The notes below the pieces were generated by a model. That model saw only the letters and a program-made list of their open reading frames with translations, made no database searches and was not told the DNA's origin. Below, one piece after another: positions 39,275-50,364 of a DNA stretch of 64,000 nucleotides. Source of the DNA: Deltaproteobacteria bacterium (GTDB taxonomy: Bacteria > Desulfobacterota_D > UBA1144 > Nemesobacterales > CSP1-2). Numbering within the stretch: position 1 is the stretch's first letter; every line of letters starts with the position of its first letter. Position numbers and translations under genes: made by a program. The stretch covers positions 33,455-97,454 of the forward strand of contig JACPIY010000028.1 in NCBI GenBank assembly GCA_016187835.1, written 5' to 3'.

Positions 39275-39319
39275 GGAGTATTCAACCTAGAAAATAAATT
39301 TTGGATTGATGGTTTGCTT

Positions 39320-39365
39320 GTAGGGGCGAACGGCTGTTCGTACCTACTAAAGTATTTTTTACCGA
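39320..39365 (+). terminator. Rho-independent terminator candidate after the TldD-like gene
   Basis: Stem gtaggggcgaacgg / ctgttcgtacctac, with about 12 of 14 pairs, followed by taaagtatttttt. Confidence 0.45.
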
Positions 39366-39486
39366 ATCTCCATTTCTCAGACAGTTTTTCGTTGTAGTTT
39401 CATAAATCTCCACTTCCAAATCCACTTATTATTTGTTAGTATTGAAAATATTTATTTATCCCAATCCTTCATAAAGGAGCTACCAA

Positions 39487-41442
39487 ATGGCAAAAGAGGC
39501 AAAAACGATTTTAGACCTGCTTAAAGAGAAAAGAGTGTTTTCACCTCGTAAAGACTTCAGTGAAAATGCTCATGTGAAAAGCGAATCAGTCTATAAAAAA
39601 GCCAGTAGGAGCAGAGAGGCTTTTTGGGAGGGGTTTGCAAAGGAACTCGATTGGTATAAGAAATGGAGAAAGGTTTTGGATTGGAAAACGCCACATTCAA
39701 AGTGGTTCGTTGGAGGGAAGATAAACATTTCTTACAACTGTATTGATCGTCATATTAATACCGCAAGGAAAAATAAGGCGGCTATTATCTGGGAAGGTGA
39801 GCCGGGAGATAGTCGTGTCATTACTTATTGGGATTTGTATAGAGAAGTAAACAAGTTTGCAAACGTTCTAAAAAAGCTTGGCGTAAAAAAGGGAGACAGG
39901 ATAACTATATATCTTCCCATGATACCTGAGGCGGCAGTAGCAATGCTAGCCTGTGCAAGAATTGGCGCCCCTCACAGTGTGGTATTTGGCGGATTTAGCG
40001 CCGACAGCTTGAGAGACAGAATAAACGATTCACAGGCAAAAATACTCATTACGTCGGACGGGGGTTTTAGAAGGGGATCGGTAGTGCCTTTGAAGAAGAA
40101 CGCAGATGAAGCTCTTTTTGGTGCTGCATCAATAGAAAAAGTAATAGTAGTTAAAAGAGTCGGAGAAAAAGCACAGATAGAGATGAAAGAGAAAAGAGAC
40201 TTGTGGTGGCATGAGCTTATGGAAAACGCCCCCCAATACTGTGAACCAGAGAAAATGGATAGCGAAGACATGCTCTACATACTCTATACAAGCGGAACTA
40301 CAGGAAAGCCAAAGGGAATAGTTCATACAACGGGTGGATACCTAGTGGGAGTATATGCGACGACAAAATGGGTATTTGATCTCAAGGAAGAAGACACATT
40401 CTGGTGTACGGCTGATATAGGTTGGGTGACGGGACACAGCTATATAGTTTATGGCCCCCTTGCAAACGGTGCCACATCGCTGATGTATGAAGGAGCGCCT
40501 GATTATCCCGATAGAGACAGGTTCTGGGAAATAGTAGAAAAGTATGGGGTGAATATCTTCTATACTGCTCCTACAGCGATAAGGGTATTCATGAAATGGG
40601 GAGAGGAATATCCAAGGAAACATGACCTCTCTACTCTTCGACTTCTCGGAAGTGTAGGAGAACCTATTAATCCCGAAGCATGGATGTGGTATTACGTGAA
40701 TATCGGCAATAAAAAATGTCCTATAGTGGATACCTGGTGGCAGACAGAGACGGGCATGATACTAATTACTCCCCTTCCCGGAGTAACGAAACTTAAACCG
40801 GCATCGGCGACAAAGCCGTTTCCGGGTATAGAAGCTGATGTTGTAGATGAAAATGGAAAGAGTATAGAAGTTGGGGCGGGTTATCTAGTCCTTAAAAGCC
40901 CCTGGCCTGCTATGCTGAGGACTATATACGGAGACCCGGAACGGTATGTCCAGCAATACTGGAGCAGGTTTCCAAATATGTATTTTACGGGAGACGGAGC
41001 AAAGAGGGATAAGGACGGGTATTTATGGCTGTTAGGTAGAGTGGACGATGTGATGAACGTAGCGGGTCACAGGGTAAGCACAATGGAGGTGGAAAGCGCG
41101 CTTGTGGATCATCCATCGGTTGCAGAGGCTGCCGTTATTGGAAAAACGGATGAACTAAAGGGACAGGCGATATCAGCGTTTGTTACGCTAAAGGAGAGCA
41201 TTAAATCAAACTCAGGTCTGGTAGATGAGCTTAAAAAGCACGTAACGAAGAAAATAGGGGCTATTGCAAGGCCTGATGACATCATATTTACGGCAGAACT
41301 TCCCAAAACAAGAAGCGGCAAGATAATGCGAAGACTTCTTAGAGACATAGCTGAGGGAAGAGCATTGGGTGACACAACAACCCTTGCCGATCCAACTATT
41401 GTCAGACAACTAAAAGATAAATATGAGGATAAGGAAGGGTAA
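39487..41442 (+). CDS. acs: Acetyl-CoA synthetase (acetate--CoA ligase)
   Basis: [14 protein letters not shown]-binding motif. Full-length Acs architecture (651 aa). Confidence 0.92.
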   Translation: MAKEAKTILDLLKEKRVFSPRKDFSENAHVKSESVYKKASRSREAFWEGFAKELDWYKKWRKVLDWKTPHSKWFVGGKINISYNCIDRHINTARKNKAAIIWEGEPGDSRVITYWDLYREVNKFANVLKKLGVKKGDRITIYLPMIPEAAVAMLACARIGAPHSVVFGGFSADSLRDRINDSQAKILITSDGGFRRGSVVPLKKNADEALFGAASIEKVIVVKRVGEKAQIEMKEKRDLWWHELMENAPQYCEPEKMDSEDMLYILYTSGTTGKPKGIVHTTGGYLVGVYATTKWVFDLKEEDTFWCTADIGWVTGHSYIVYGPLANGATSLMYEGAPDYPDRDRFWEIVEKYGVNIFYTAPTAIRVFMKWGEEYPRKHDLSTLRLLGSVGEPINPEAWMWYYVNIGNKKCPIVDTWWQTETGMILITPLPGVTKLKPASATKPFPGIEADVVDENGKSIEVGAGYLVLKSPWPAMLRTIYGDPERYVQQYWSRFPNMYFTGDGAKRDKDGYLWLLGRVDDVMNVAGHRVSTMEVESALVDHPSVAEAAVIGKTDELKGQAISAFVTLKESIKSNSGLVDELKKHVTKKIGAIARPDDIIFTAELPKTRSGKIMRRLLRDIAEGRALGDTTTLADPTIVRQLKDKYEDKEG

Positions 41443-41656
41443 TAACCCGGTTTCCTGGTAGCTATACTCCAGATCCCCTAAAGACTCGTTGCCTGGGAGG
41501 AGTTTGTTAAACAAAGCCCTACGGTTATGCATTCTATAAATCAAACGCAATGAGGATTTCACTACAGTTTCGCTCTTAGGTCGAACTTGTTTATTAGCAC
41601 CTAATAAATTTTAGTTGTATAGTAATTAGACTTAATTCCTTTTCGGTAATACAAAC

Positions 41657-43714
41657 ATGATCCAATTAGTCAATGTTTCACTCGCTTTTAGCGCACGGGT
41701 GATTTTTAATAACCTTTCATGGCACCTAAAACCCCAAAAGAAAATCGGGTTGTTCGGCCCTAACGGAACGGGGAAAACAACCTTACTTGATCTTATTGCG
41801 GGTGTTCGCGTGTCGGACTCTGGATTGATTTCTAAGGCACCATCAATAAATATTGGCTATCTGCCTCAGGAAGTGCACGAAGAAAACACAGGGCGTACGG
41901 TAATTGAGGAGGCTATCGCGGCATACAAAGAGGTATCAAACCTTGAGCAAGAGGTCGAGTCTATCACAGATGAGCTAAAAAAAGCTATAGATTCAAATAG
42001 CGGTGAATACAAAAAGCTCCTTTCCCGTCTCGATGCGATACAGATTGAGCTTACAACACGCGATGCACACAGGATTCAGTATGAAGCCGAGAAATTGCTA
42101 ATGGGACTTGGTTTCGAGACTGATGAGTTAACCAAACCCCTCAGTACTTTTTCGGGGGGATGGCGAATGCGCGTAGCGCTTGCTAAGCTCCTGCTTCAGA
42201 AGCCTGATGTGGTTCTTCTTGACGAACCGACAAATCACCTCGACATTGAGAGCATCGCCTGGCTCGAGAACTACTTAAAAACCTTCCAGGGCGCTGTGGT
42301 CTTGGTATCCCATGATCCTTACTTTCTCAACCGCGTGGTTGACGCTATAGCTGAACTCGTAATGGGACAAATTACAGAATATACAGGCAACTACTCATTC
42401 TACATTCGGGAGCGGGAATCACGTGTTGCCATGCACAAATCCGCATATGGAAACCAGCAGAGGCAAATCCGGGATATGGAGCGCTTTATTGAGCGCTTTC
42501 GCTACAAGGCATCGAAGGCTAGACAGGTGCAAAGCCAGATAAAGATGCTTGAGAAAATGGAGTTGATTCCGCCTCCGCATTCGGACGATCCTTCAATACA
42601 TTTTAGGTTTCCTGAACCACCGAGGTCGGGCAGAACCGTTTTGGAGCTTTCTACTTTTTCAAAATCCTACTCTGATAAAAACTGTGGTACTAATCAAGTG
42701 TTTACCCAAGCAGGGCCGTTGTTGGTAGAACGAGGGGATAAAACAGCTATTGCCGGTAAAAACGGCGCTGGTAAAAGCACACTGGCAAGAATACTTCTTG
42801 GCACTGAGCCATTTGAAGGGAACCGGCTAGTTGGCTATAACGTTGAAATCACATATTTTGCCCAACATCAAGCTGAATCGCTTAATCCGTCTAACACTAT
42901 TGTTGACGAGTTAGAATCACGTAGTAAAGGTCAAAACGAAACTCAAATCAGATCGTTGCTTGGAGCCTTTCTATTCACCGGAGATGACGTGTTTAAACCA
43001 GTCGGAATCTTATCCGGAGGTGAGAAAAGCCGCGTGGCTCTGGCAAAAACACTCCTATCACCTACAAACTTTATGATACTCGACGAACCGACTAACCACC
43101 TTGATATACAATCAAAAAATATTCTGATTGAAGCGTTAAAGCAGTACACAGGAACATTTGTTGTAGTGAGCCACGACCGCCACTTTCTGGACCAGATTGT
43201 AAACAAGGTGTGGTATGTTGAGCATGGGGAAGTCCATATGTGCTTCGGAAATTATTCCGACTGTAAATATCACCTGAGTACAAGAGGAAATGAAACTCAG
43301 CAAATCAAAGATGCAGGAGCATTGAACAATAATAACAGCTATGGAATTGTAAGCTCCTCTCTTAAGACCATGAAGCCAGGAAGCAAATTTAAAGAGGATA
43401 AGCGCAGGGTAGCGGAAGAGCGCAACCGTAAGTACAGAGAAATCCAGGAGCGTGGAATTGAAAACATAGAGGATTGGAGACAATTATCCCTAAAACAACT
43501 CCACAGAGCACTTGCTGACCTTGAGGAAAAGATCAAAGCGATGGAGGACAGAAAAACAGAAATAGAGAGACTCCTCCAAAACCCTGAATTCTATATGGAC
43601 AAAGAGCTATCATACGAAGTGACGAGCGAATATAATGACCTGCAAAACTCGCTCAAAGCTTTATATGAAAGATGGGAATCTATTACATCCCATCTTGAGC
43701 CTGAGGTTCATTAA
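41657..43714 (+). CDS. ABC-F family ATPase (two ABC domains with a C-terminal coiled coil; Uup/YheS-like)
   Basis: GPNGTGKTT and GKNGAGKST Walker A motifs. LSGGWRMRVALA and LSGGEKSRVALA signature motifs. No TM domain. Confidence 0.88.
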   Translation: MIQLVNVSLAFSARVIFNNLSWHLKPQKKIGLFGPNGTGKTTLLDLIAGVRVSDSGLISKAPSINIGYLPQEVHEENTGRTVIEEAIAAYKEVSNLEQEVESITDELKKAIDSNSGEYKKLLSRLDAIQIELTTRDAHRIQYEAEKLLMGLGFETDELTKPLSTFSGGWRMRVALAKLLLQKPDVVLLDEPTNHLDIESIAWLENYLKTFQGAVVLVSHDPYFLNRVVDAIAELVMGQITEYTGNYSFYIRERESRVAMHKSAYGNQQRQIRDMERFIERFRYKASKARQVQSQIKMLEKMELIPPPHSDDPSIHFRFPEPPRSGRTVLELSTFSKSYSDKNCGTNQVFTQAGPLLVERGDKTAIAGKNGAGKSTLARILLGTEPFEGNRLVGYNVEITYFAQHQAESLNPSNTIVDELESRSKGQNETQIRSLLGAFLFTGDDVFKPVGILSGGEKSRVALAKTLLSPTNFMILDEPTNHLDIQSKNILIEALKQYTGTFVVVSHDRHFLDQIVNKVWYVEHGEVHMCFGNYSDCKYHLSTRGNETQQIKDAGALNNNNSYGIVSSSLKTMKPGSKFKEDKRRVAEERNRKYREIQERGIENIEDWRQLSLKQLHRALADLEEKIKAMEDRKTEIERLLQNPEFYMDKELSYEVTSEYNDLQNSLKALYERWESITSHLEPEVH

Positions 43715-43750
43715 AACAGTGAAATATTCTTTATTAACCGACTTACATCC

Positions 43751-43996
43751 TTACTTTTTTTTGTATAAATCACGAATGTCAATTTCCTCACCATCTGGTG
43801 TGATAATTCTGGTTTGATTGTTCATTGTTACAATATGGAGTTCTGCGGTTCTGCCATCATCAAATTCTAGCCTGTACGCCTTGCCCACCATTTTATCAAC
43901 ACTACTGAGGATTTTGCCTTTTAAGCCCGGTTCATATTCCATATCGCCCATTTTAATCTTGGTCTTCACCACAAATCTTGCGCCTGGTATGTACAT
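43751..43996 (-). CDS. Small hypothetical protein (81 aa), possibly with a small beta-barrel (SH3/Tudor-like) fold
   Basis: The ORF has a KKK C-terminus. I recognise no family. Confidence 0.35.
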   Translation of the reverse strand: MYIPGARFVVKTKIKMGDMEYEPGLKGKILSSVDKMVGKAYRLEFDDGRTAELHIVTMNNQTRIITPDGEEIDIRDLYKKK

Positions 43997-44523
43997 TATT
44001 TAGCCCTCTCAAAAAGCGATAATATCTTTTTATAAGAATATGTTACGTATAAAATTATCTTATTACAATTGTTTTCGAGCATGGGACATCTAAATCTGTG
44101 AATCCCTACTGGCATAGCAAGCTTTATCTTTTGCTTTCTAATCTGTCTCATCTTACATCGGACACGAAGAAAGAACTTTTCTTGAACCATAAATGATTCC
44201 TAGTTCTGAAATCATTCCAAGGTACTATTGTAATTCTAGAGAATTAAACCTGATATTATTTGAAGATTTATGGGGATCCTAAAGTTTGAACAACATTTTT
44301 AGCCTGTAGCTCAATATGTTGATATGTTCTGAAAGATAGTTTAGTTAAATGACAAAAATCATTGTAAGTGAAGAGGGGAAATTTGCATTGATGACAAAAT
44401 TTGTCTTTTGTGCTCCAAGTTTGGGTCTCAATGTTGCGAAAAATGGACTCTTTTCCTTGTTAAAGATACTTAAAATTTGTTTTTATTAGGAACAACAGTA
44501 AGTTAGCGACAGTAAGGTGAATT

Positions 44524-44539
44524 TGGCACATATATTGCC
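44524..44539 (+). promoter_or_regulatory. Sigma-54 (RpoN) -24/-12 promoter, TGGCAC-N5-TTGCC
   Basis: Exact match to the GG-N10-GC consensus (TGGCACatataTTGCC), about 70 nt upstream of the 44609 small ORF. Confidence 0.5.
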
Positions 44540-44608
44540 ACTATCAAACTATAGGAATTATGGATAAATTAAAATTTGAAAGTCAGGTTAATTTTCTAGA
44601 GGTGCAAA

Positions 44609-44776
44609 ATGAAATATGAGGGCGAAAAAAAACAGTTGGTAGATGGATTAGTATTTATCTTTGATCAGAGAACCGGTGAATTGGAAGTAGTAGAAACTCA
44701 GAATAATTGCGATGGGGAAACACTAAAGGGGACAAATGCCGAATCCAGTGACGAAAGCGATGTTATATCAGATTAA
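44609..44776 (+). CDS. Small acidic protein (55 aa), hypothetical, preceded by a sigma-54 promoter
   Basis: ATG with agaggtg 6 nt upstream. It reads MKYEGEKKQLVDGLVFIFDQRTGELEVVETQNNCDGETLKGTNAESSDESDVISD. It is flanked by a promoter and a terminator. Confidence 0.4.
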   Translation: MKYEGEKKQLVDGLVFIFDQRTGELEVVETQNNCDGETLKGTNAESSDESDVISD

Positions 44777-44883
44777 TCTTTTTGAGGAATTTCAACGTTT
44801 ATATTATTTGCAATAATGTGCTTATTACACTACTTATAATTGCTAAGTTGTAAATATAAATTTATCAAAGAGTTCCCATCCTC

Positions 44884-44930
44884 CAAAGGGTAGGCTGGTT
44901 AAAACATATTTAGTTGGCTTACCCTTTTTT
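44884..44930 (+). terminator. Rho-independent terminator (11-bp stem, 21-nt loop, T9)
   Basis: aaagggtaggc ... gcttacccttt followed by ttttttttt. Confidence 0.5.
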
Positions 44931-44964
44931 TTTGAATACAACACTACAACTACCAGTTAAAGAT

Positions 44965-46098
44965 TTATGAAATTAGCTTAGGATAAACTGGCCTTGACTC
45001 AGCTATCTCTTCGGGATAGACGATAACCTTGTTTCCATTCCTCCACTGAACAATTACCATTTTGTGGCCAATCTGAGTACCTGTAGATTGGTCGATCTTA
45101 AAATGACCATAAAAGGTTTTAAAATCAGCTCTGCTTGCAGCTTCTCTAAGAGCATAGTCATCGAGCGTTCCGGCATCTTCAATACACTTTTGGATAACTG
45201 GTCCTATATTATAACTTTGAGCTGCGGTATAGTCGGGTTCCTTCCCATATTTATATTTGAACCTGATAAAAAAATCCTGAGGTGTCGGTCCAAGGTCGGG
45301 TTCTATTTTAATTCCCCCCTCCCATTGGCTTGGTCCCAAAAATCCCTCTACGTCTTTTCCGAGAGTTTGATGAAACTCTTTTATACCGGCTACGACAAGT
45401 CCTATCGCTTTTGCATTTACTTTATTTTCTACAATTTGCTTAGCAAGGAGCAAGTCATCCTCGGCGCGTCCTACGCCGAGGATTAGGTCGGGGATATTTT
45501 CTTGCACCTGTTTTAGAAGAGAGGAAAAATCCTTTGTGCCTGATACATATTTAAGCTCGGTTATCCGGAACCCATTTTCTTCTCCGTAGCGCTTTGCCCC
45601 TTCTGCTACATTTGTGGAAAATCCGCTGTCTTCCGCTCTAAATATAGTAATCTTCCTTGCTTCGTTATCGATTTTTTTTACCATTTCAATAATTCCGACA
45701 AAGTATTTACTAGCAGATGTAATCGTACTTACGATATATTTAGATCCACTCTCAAAAATCTCATCGGATGACCCGCCATGATTCCATAGAATTTTTTTGA
45801 ATTCTTCTGCAATCGGTGCTGCTGCTAGGGTAAGACCGCTTGAGTAAGGTCCTATTAGAACATCAACTTTATCTTTAACGATAAGCCGTTCCACGATTTC
45901 CTTACACTTATATGTCGAACTTTCGTCATCATAGTAAAGAAGTTCTACCGTAAATTTTTTACCGAATTCCTTGACAAAAATACCGCCAGATCCGTTTACG
46001 TCTTTAATCCAAAGTGCAAGCCCTTCAAGGCTCTCTTTACCTTGATTTGAATATCTCCCACTTAATGAGATAGGAATGCCGAATTTTATCTTTTGCAT
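44965..46098 (-). CDS. Periplasmic-binding-protein type I substrate-binding protein (branched-chain amino acid ABC transporter SBP-like)
   Basis: The FGIPISLSGRYSNQGKESLEGLALWIKDVN pattern is that of the LivJ/LivK family. No signal peptide is seen at the called start. Confidence 0.7.
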   Translation of the reverse strand: MQKIKFGIPISLSGRYSNQGKESLEGLALWIKDVNGSGGIFVKEFGKKFTVELLYYDDESSTYKCKEIVERLIVKDKVDVLIGPYSSGLTLAAAPIAEEFKKILWNHGGSSDEIFESGSKYIVSTITSASKYFVGIIEMVKKIDNEARKITIFRAEDSGFSTNVAEGAKRYGEENGFRITELKYVSGTKDFSSLLKQVQENIPDLILGVGRAEDDLLLAKQIVENKVNAKAIGLVVAGIKEFHQTLGKDVEGFLGPSQWEGGIKIEPDLGPTPQDFFIRFKYKYGKEPDYTAAQSYNIGPVIQKCIEDAGTLDDYALREAASRADFKTFYGHFKIDQSTGTQIGHKMVIVQWRNGNKVIVYPEEIAESRPVYPKLIS

Positions 46099-46183
46099 TG
46101 ATAGAATTCTACGTGATGAAGGTTTAATCGTAAATTTGGGAAATAAAGTTTATTTAGTATAAAACGGACAATGTAAGTACTAT

Positions 46184-46575
46184 TTTTCACCCTCTGTCAA
46201 ATTTCTCAAGGCTGTCACTCCTAGGGTTTCTACCTCACAGCCAGTACTTAGCAAAGCAAGTAATAAGGTCCGCTGAGCAATCTGACAAAAGGTGTTATTT
46301 CTCGAAGGCTAAGATTTCTCCCCCATGAGATATGAAATTATCTCACGGGGTCGAAATGACATGAGGGGAGGTCGAAATGACAGGTGGGTCGGTCAAAACG
46401 ACAGTCTCATTTGTCATTCCGAACCCTGTCCCGAGCGAATGTGAGGGAGCTTGTGAGGAATCTTGTTGTTTTCAGGATGACAGGAGAAACGGTTGAATGA
46501 CAGTTACTTGATAGGAATTATTAAACTAGGTGAGACTTGGCTCCACATTGTCTGTTTGGTCAAATTTAGTTTTTT
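46184..46575. repeat. Intergenic repeat element copy 1 (about 390 bp)
   Basis: It is largely colinear with copy 2 at 54664-55050 and near-identical to it over several stretches (not computed). It contains the hairpin ccccatgagata-tgaaat-tatctcacgggg and the modules gtcgaaatgaca(2x) and ggtcggtcaaaacgacagtctcatttgtcattccgaaccctgtcccga. Confidence 0.65.
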
Positions 46576-46609
46576 AAAGATAATGAGATGATTTATCTCT
46601 TTGTCGAAT

Positions 46610-47812
46610 TCATTTTAGCTTCTCAACTGCCTTTTCTATCCTATCAACTCCCTTTTTGATCTCTTCCATTGAAGTTGCATAGGAAATTCTTATATGATTG
46701 TCTGACCCGAATTCCGCTCCCGGAACGACTGCTACTTTTGCTTCTTCAAGAAGAAATTCGGTAAAATCGAGAGAGTTTCTGATTTCCTTCCCATTATACT
46801 TTCTTCCGAAGAACTTAGAGATATTTGGAAATGCGTAGAATGCACCCTGGGGATTAAAGCATCTAAAGTCAGGAATCTCGTTTAGTCTTTTAACTATGTA
46901 GTTCTTCCTTCTCTCAAATTCCTTCGACATTCTTTTAACTTCGTCTTGCGGACCTTGAAAAGCCTCTATTGCTGCTTTCTGAGAAATGGATACGGGATTT
47001 GATGTGGACTGGCCCTGAAGGTTATTCATAGCCCCGATTATTCCTTTATCTCCTGCTGCGAATCCGATTCTCCACCCCGTCATGGAATAGGACTTTGAAA
47101 CTCCATTTACGAGGATTGTTGATTTCTTTACATCCTCTCCAAGCGTTGCAACTGGAGTGTGAGTGAGTCCATCATATAAAATCTTGTCGTAAATCTCATC
47201 GGAGATAATGAGAAGTCCGGAATTCATCGCGACATTAGCTATTTCTCTAAGTTCATCTTCACCATAAGTGGCTCCGGTAGGATTTGATGGATAGTTCAGT
47301 ATCAGAGCTTTTGTTTTTGGGGTTAAGAGTTTTTTTAGTTTATCCAGATCGATTTTAAATCCGTTTTCTTCTTCAGTTTCAATAATTATGGGCGTTCCAC
47401 CGGCAAGGGTTATCTGCTCAGGATAGGAAACCCAGTAAGGTGACGGGATTATAACCTCATCTTCCTCTTCAAAAAGGACTTGGGATAGGTTGTAGAGCGT
47501 GTGTTTAGCCCCACACGATACTGTTATTTCTGATTTTTCATACTTTAGCCCGTAATCTTCTTTTAACCGATGTATAATTGCGTTTTTAAGCTCGTCAATT
47601 CCGCCCACAGCCGTGTACTTTGTAAATCCTTCTTTGATCGCTCTTACCGCTTCTTCCTTTATATTCTCGGGAGTGTCAAAATCAGGTTCCCCTGCACCGA
47701 ATCCTACAATGTCTATACCTTCTGCTTTTAGGGCTTTTGCCTTTGCCGTAATTGCAAGTGTCGCCGATGGTCTTAATTTATCCGCGCGAGCAGACAGTTT
47801 CATTAACTTCAT
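46610..47812 (-). CDS. Aspartate/aromatic aminotransferase (PLP-dependent, class I)
   Basis: Class I PLP aminotransferase pattern (…NPTGATYGEDELREIA…SKSYSMTGWRIGFAAG… with the PLP-binding Lys). Confidence 0.85.
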   Translation of the reverse strand: MKLMKLSARADKLRPSATLAITAKAKALKAEGIDIVGFGAGEPDFDTPENIKEEAVRAIKEGFTKYTAVGGIDELKNAIIHRLKEDYGLKYEKSEITVSCGAKHTLYNLSQVLFEEEDEVIIPSPYWVSYPEQITLAGGTPIIIETEEENGFKIDLDKLKKLLTPKTKALILNYPSNPTGATYGEDELREIANVAMNSGLLIISDEIYDKILYDGLTHTPVATLGEDVKKSTILVNGVSKSYSMTGWRIGFAAGDKGIIGAMNNLQGQSTSNPVSISQKAAIEAFQGPQDEVKRMSKEFERRKNYIVKRLNEIPDFRCFNPQGAFYAFPNISKFFGRKYNGKEIRNSLDFTEFLLEEAKVAVVPGAEFGSDNHIRISYATSMEEIKKGVDRIEKAVEKLK

Positions 47813-48303
47813 GCCTCCTGCTTCTTAAGTAATTTTTCTCTTAGCTTTTGCTCTACAATTTCCGGAATCATTTCTTTAGCTGAGCCACCTAGGGTTATTA
47901 TTTCCTTAATTAAAGAAGAACTTATATGTGAATAAGCACTTTCTGTAACCATGAAAACCGTTTCAAGCTCTGAATAAAGGGTTTTATTGGCAAGAGCCAT
48001 CTGAAATTCATATTCAAAGTCTGATACCGTTCTCATACCACGTAGCACTATGTTTGTTCCGATTTTTCTTGCATAATCTACAAGCAGTCCTTCAAAGTAG
48101 TCTACCTTTACCTCAGAACTGTTAGGGAAAATCTCCCGAATGATTTCGACTCTTTCTTGAAGCGTAAAAGTCGTTTTTTTAGATACATGATGGGCAACCG
48201 CAACTATAACTGTATTAAAGACTTTCACTCCACGCTCTATGATGTTTATGTGGCCGTTTGTGAACGGATCGAAAGAGCCGGGATATATTGCGACTTTATT
48301 CAT
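47809..48303 (-). CDS. coaD: Phosphopantetheine adenylyltransferase
   Basis: MNKVAIYPGSFDPFTNGHINIIERG. Confidence 0.9.
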   Translation of the reverse strand: MNKVAIYPGSFDPFTNGHINIIERGVKVFNTVIVAVAHHVSKKTTFTLQERVEIIREIFPNSSEVKVDYFEGLLVDYARKIGTNIVLRGMRTVSDFEYEFQMALANKTLYSELETVFMVTESAYSHISSSLIKEIITLGGSAKEMIPEIVEQKLREKLLKKQEA

Positions 48304-48851
48304 TCCTCACCTCTCCTGAAAAAGCTAACCTGAGTGCCTCCGAAAGATTTTGTAATTCTTCTGAAACCCATAGGTGTATCATCTATCTTGTAGTTGTGCT
48401 CGATTACGATTACACCTTCATTTTCAAGAAGTTCTGACACTCCATTTATAAAATCATTTACCTGTTGCTTTCCATAGAGAATATAGGGCGGATCAATGAA
48501 TATTAAGTCAAACTTCTCCCAGCTTTTTTGTAGTTTTTTTAGCGCTCCCTCATAGTGAGCGAAAATTAAGGTTGCTCTATCAAGGAATCCACAAAGTGAG
48601 ATGTTTTCCCTAAGTATCTTATAAACAGAAGGATTTTTTTCAATAAACGTAACATGAGCCGCTTCACGGCTCATAGCCTCGATTCCAAGACTCCCCGAGC
48701 CCGCAAATATATCGAGGACTTTTAAACCGCTTATGTCGCCAAGCGTATCAAAGATTGACTTTTTGATTCTGCTTGTAGTCGGACGAACCGTTTTTCCTTT
48801 TGGAACTTTGAGTTTTCTTCCTTTTGCCGTACCTGTAAGCACCTGCAACAT
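48300..48851 (-). CDS. rsmD: 16S rRNA (guanine966-N2)-methyltransferase
   Basis: GSGSLGIEAMSR...IFIDPPY, together with the conserved rsmD-coaD arrangement. Confidence 0.85.
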   Translation of the reverse strand: MLQVLTGTAKGRKLKVPKGKTVRPTTSRIKKSIFDTLGDISGLKVLDIFAGSGSLGIEAMSREAAHVTFIEKNPSVYKILRENISLCGFLDRATLIFAHYEGALKKLQKSWEKFDLIFIDPPYILYGKQQVNDFINGVSELLENEGVIVIEHNYKIDDTPMGFRRITKSFGGTQVSFFRRGEE

Positions 48852-49000
48852 TTGGTTTGATATACTACCATGTTAACTAGTTTTGGCAAAAAATGAGTTA
48901 TAAGAATTCTAGCCACAGAGAACACAGAGTGCACGGAGAGTTTTTTAAAAAATCTTTCTCTGCGTTCTCTGTGAACTCTGTGGGCAAATGAGGCTTTTAC

Positions 49001-49814
49001 TTATCTGATTTCAATTTTTCTGCAAAAAAAGGCGAGTGTCTTCTCCCAGGAATCCTTTGCAGCTTTGGCGTCATAAGAACGACTTTCCTGATTGGAAAAG
49101 GCGTGACCTGCTCCTTGGTAAACGTTGATGCTGACGTCTTTCCCTAACGCCTTCATGCTTTCTTCAAATGTCTTGACACTGATTGTGGGAATTCCTCTGT
49201 CTTGGTCTCCAAAGAAGCCGATAACGGAGGCTTTAATTTTTGCAAGCTCATTTTTATCGGTCACAAGCCTACCGTAATAAATCACGGATGCTGCTAGATC
49301 GGGACTATTTATCGCAAGTGATAATGAATATCCTCCTCCCATGCACCCATCCGATAGAGCCTATTTTATCTTTTTTTACCTCAGGCAGTGATTTGAGATA
49401 TGAAACGGCTGCGAGCATGTTCTTTACCGCTCTATCCTCTGGAAGCCCTCTCAAAAGCTCATGCGCTTCTTCCGGGTCTTTCGTCACCTTTCCTCGGTAA
49501 AGATCAACTGCAAGCGCAACATATACCTCTTTTGCCAGCCGTTTTGCTTCACCTTTTACCTGGTCATTCAGTCCCCACCATTCATGTATCACTATGATTG
49601 CGGGAAATGGTCTCTTTCTTTCGGGTATAACTAGGAATCCCGAGATCGTTTCTTCACCAGACTTGTAGCTCACCATTTTACCTTCCGGAGGGCTTTCGGA
49701 TTGGGTTTTCAGAGGAGTTCCCAGTAACAATAAGGAAACTAAAATCAAAAAAGAAATAGGTGAAAAAAATACCTTCATTATTCTAAACCTCCAGGGGCAC
49801 TTATAATCAGCCAC
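49001..49814 (-). pseudogene. Dienelactone hydrolase family protein, split by a +1 frameshift near 49335
   Basis: Signal peptide followed by IIVIHEWWGLND. KIGSIGW|CMGGGYSL is split between frames; tgggtgcatggg should read tggtgcatggg, so there is an extra G. Confidence 0.6.
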
Positions 49815-50364
49815 ACTTTTCTGTAATTTAAAGTTTCAATTGCTAATACAATTTCAGGGAATGATGTTCCAGTATGTCACTGATTATGATTTTAAACCCA
49901 GCACTTGGACGCTAGATCTATTTATTCAAGTTCCTGATGACGCCAATGGTCGAAAGACAACTAGACGGACTAATGAGTTTGTAGTGCAAAGATAGTTAAA
50001 GATTCGATTACTACAAGTTGCTAAAATAAAAAATCTTACGAGGAAAAATGACAATACTAGCTATTGTTTCCCAATTATTTGTGCAAATTTGCACAGTTTT
50101 TACAGTGTATTTTTACACAGATAACCGTATTTTTGTTTTTCCTGAGTCCGTCTGGTATCTATAACTTATTGTAACAATTAAAAATTAGGAAAATCTTAAA
50201 CCCGCTGGTACGAATATTGCGGATAAAGTTTTAGAATTATGAAACCTTAATATCGCGGACACCCTCATGGAGGTCCTCCCGGACATTATAAGTTTAAAGT
50301 GAAACATAAACGCGGGCATAAGTAATTTTTATCGTTTCAGATACCAAAATTTTCTCTTGAGAGT

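Noticed and set aside
43996-44190. 64-aa minus-strand ORF
   Set aside because: It lies in an AT-rich gap and has no RBS. Its composition (RVRCKMRQIRKQKIK) is typical of a chance ORF in AT-rich DNA.
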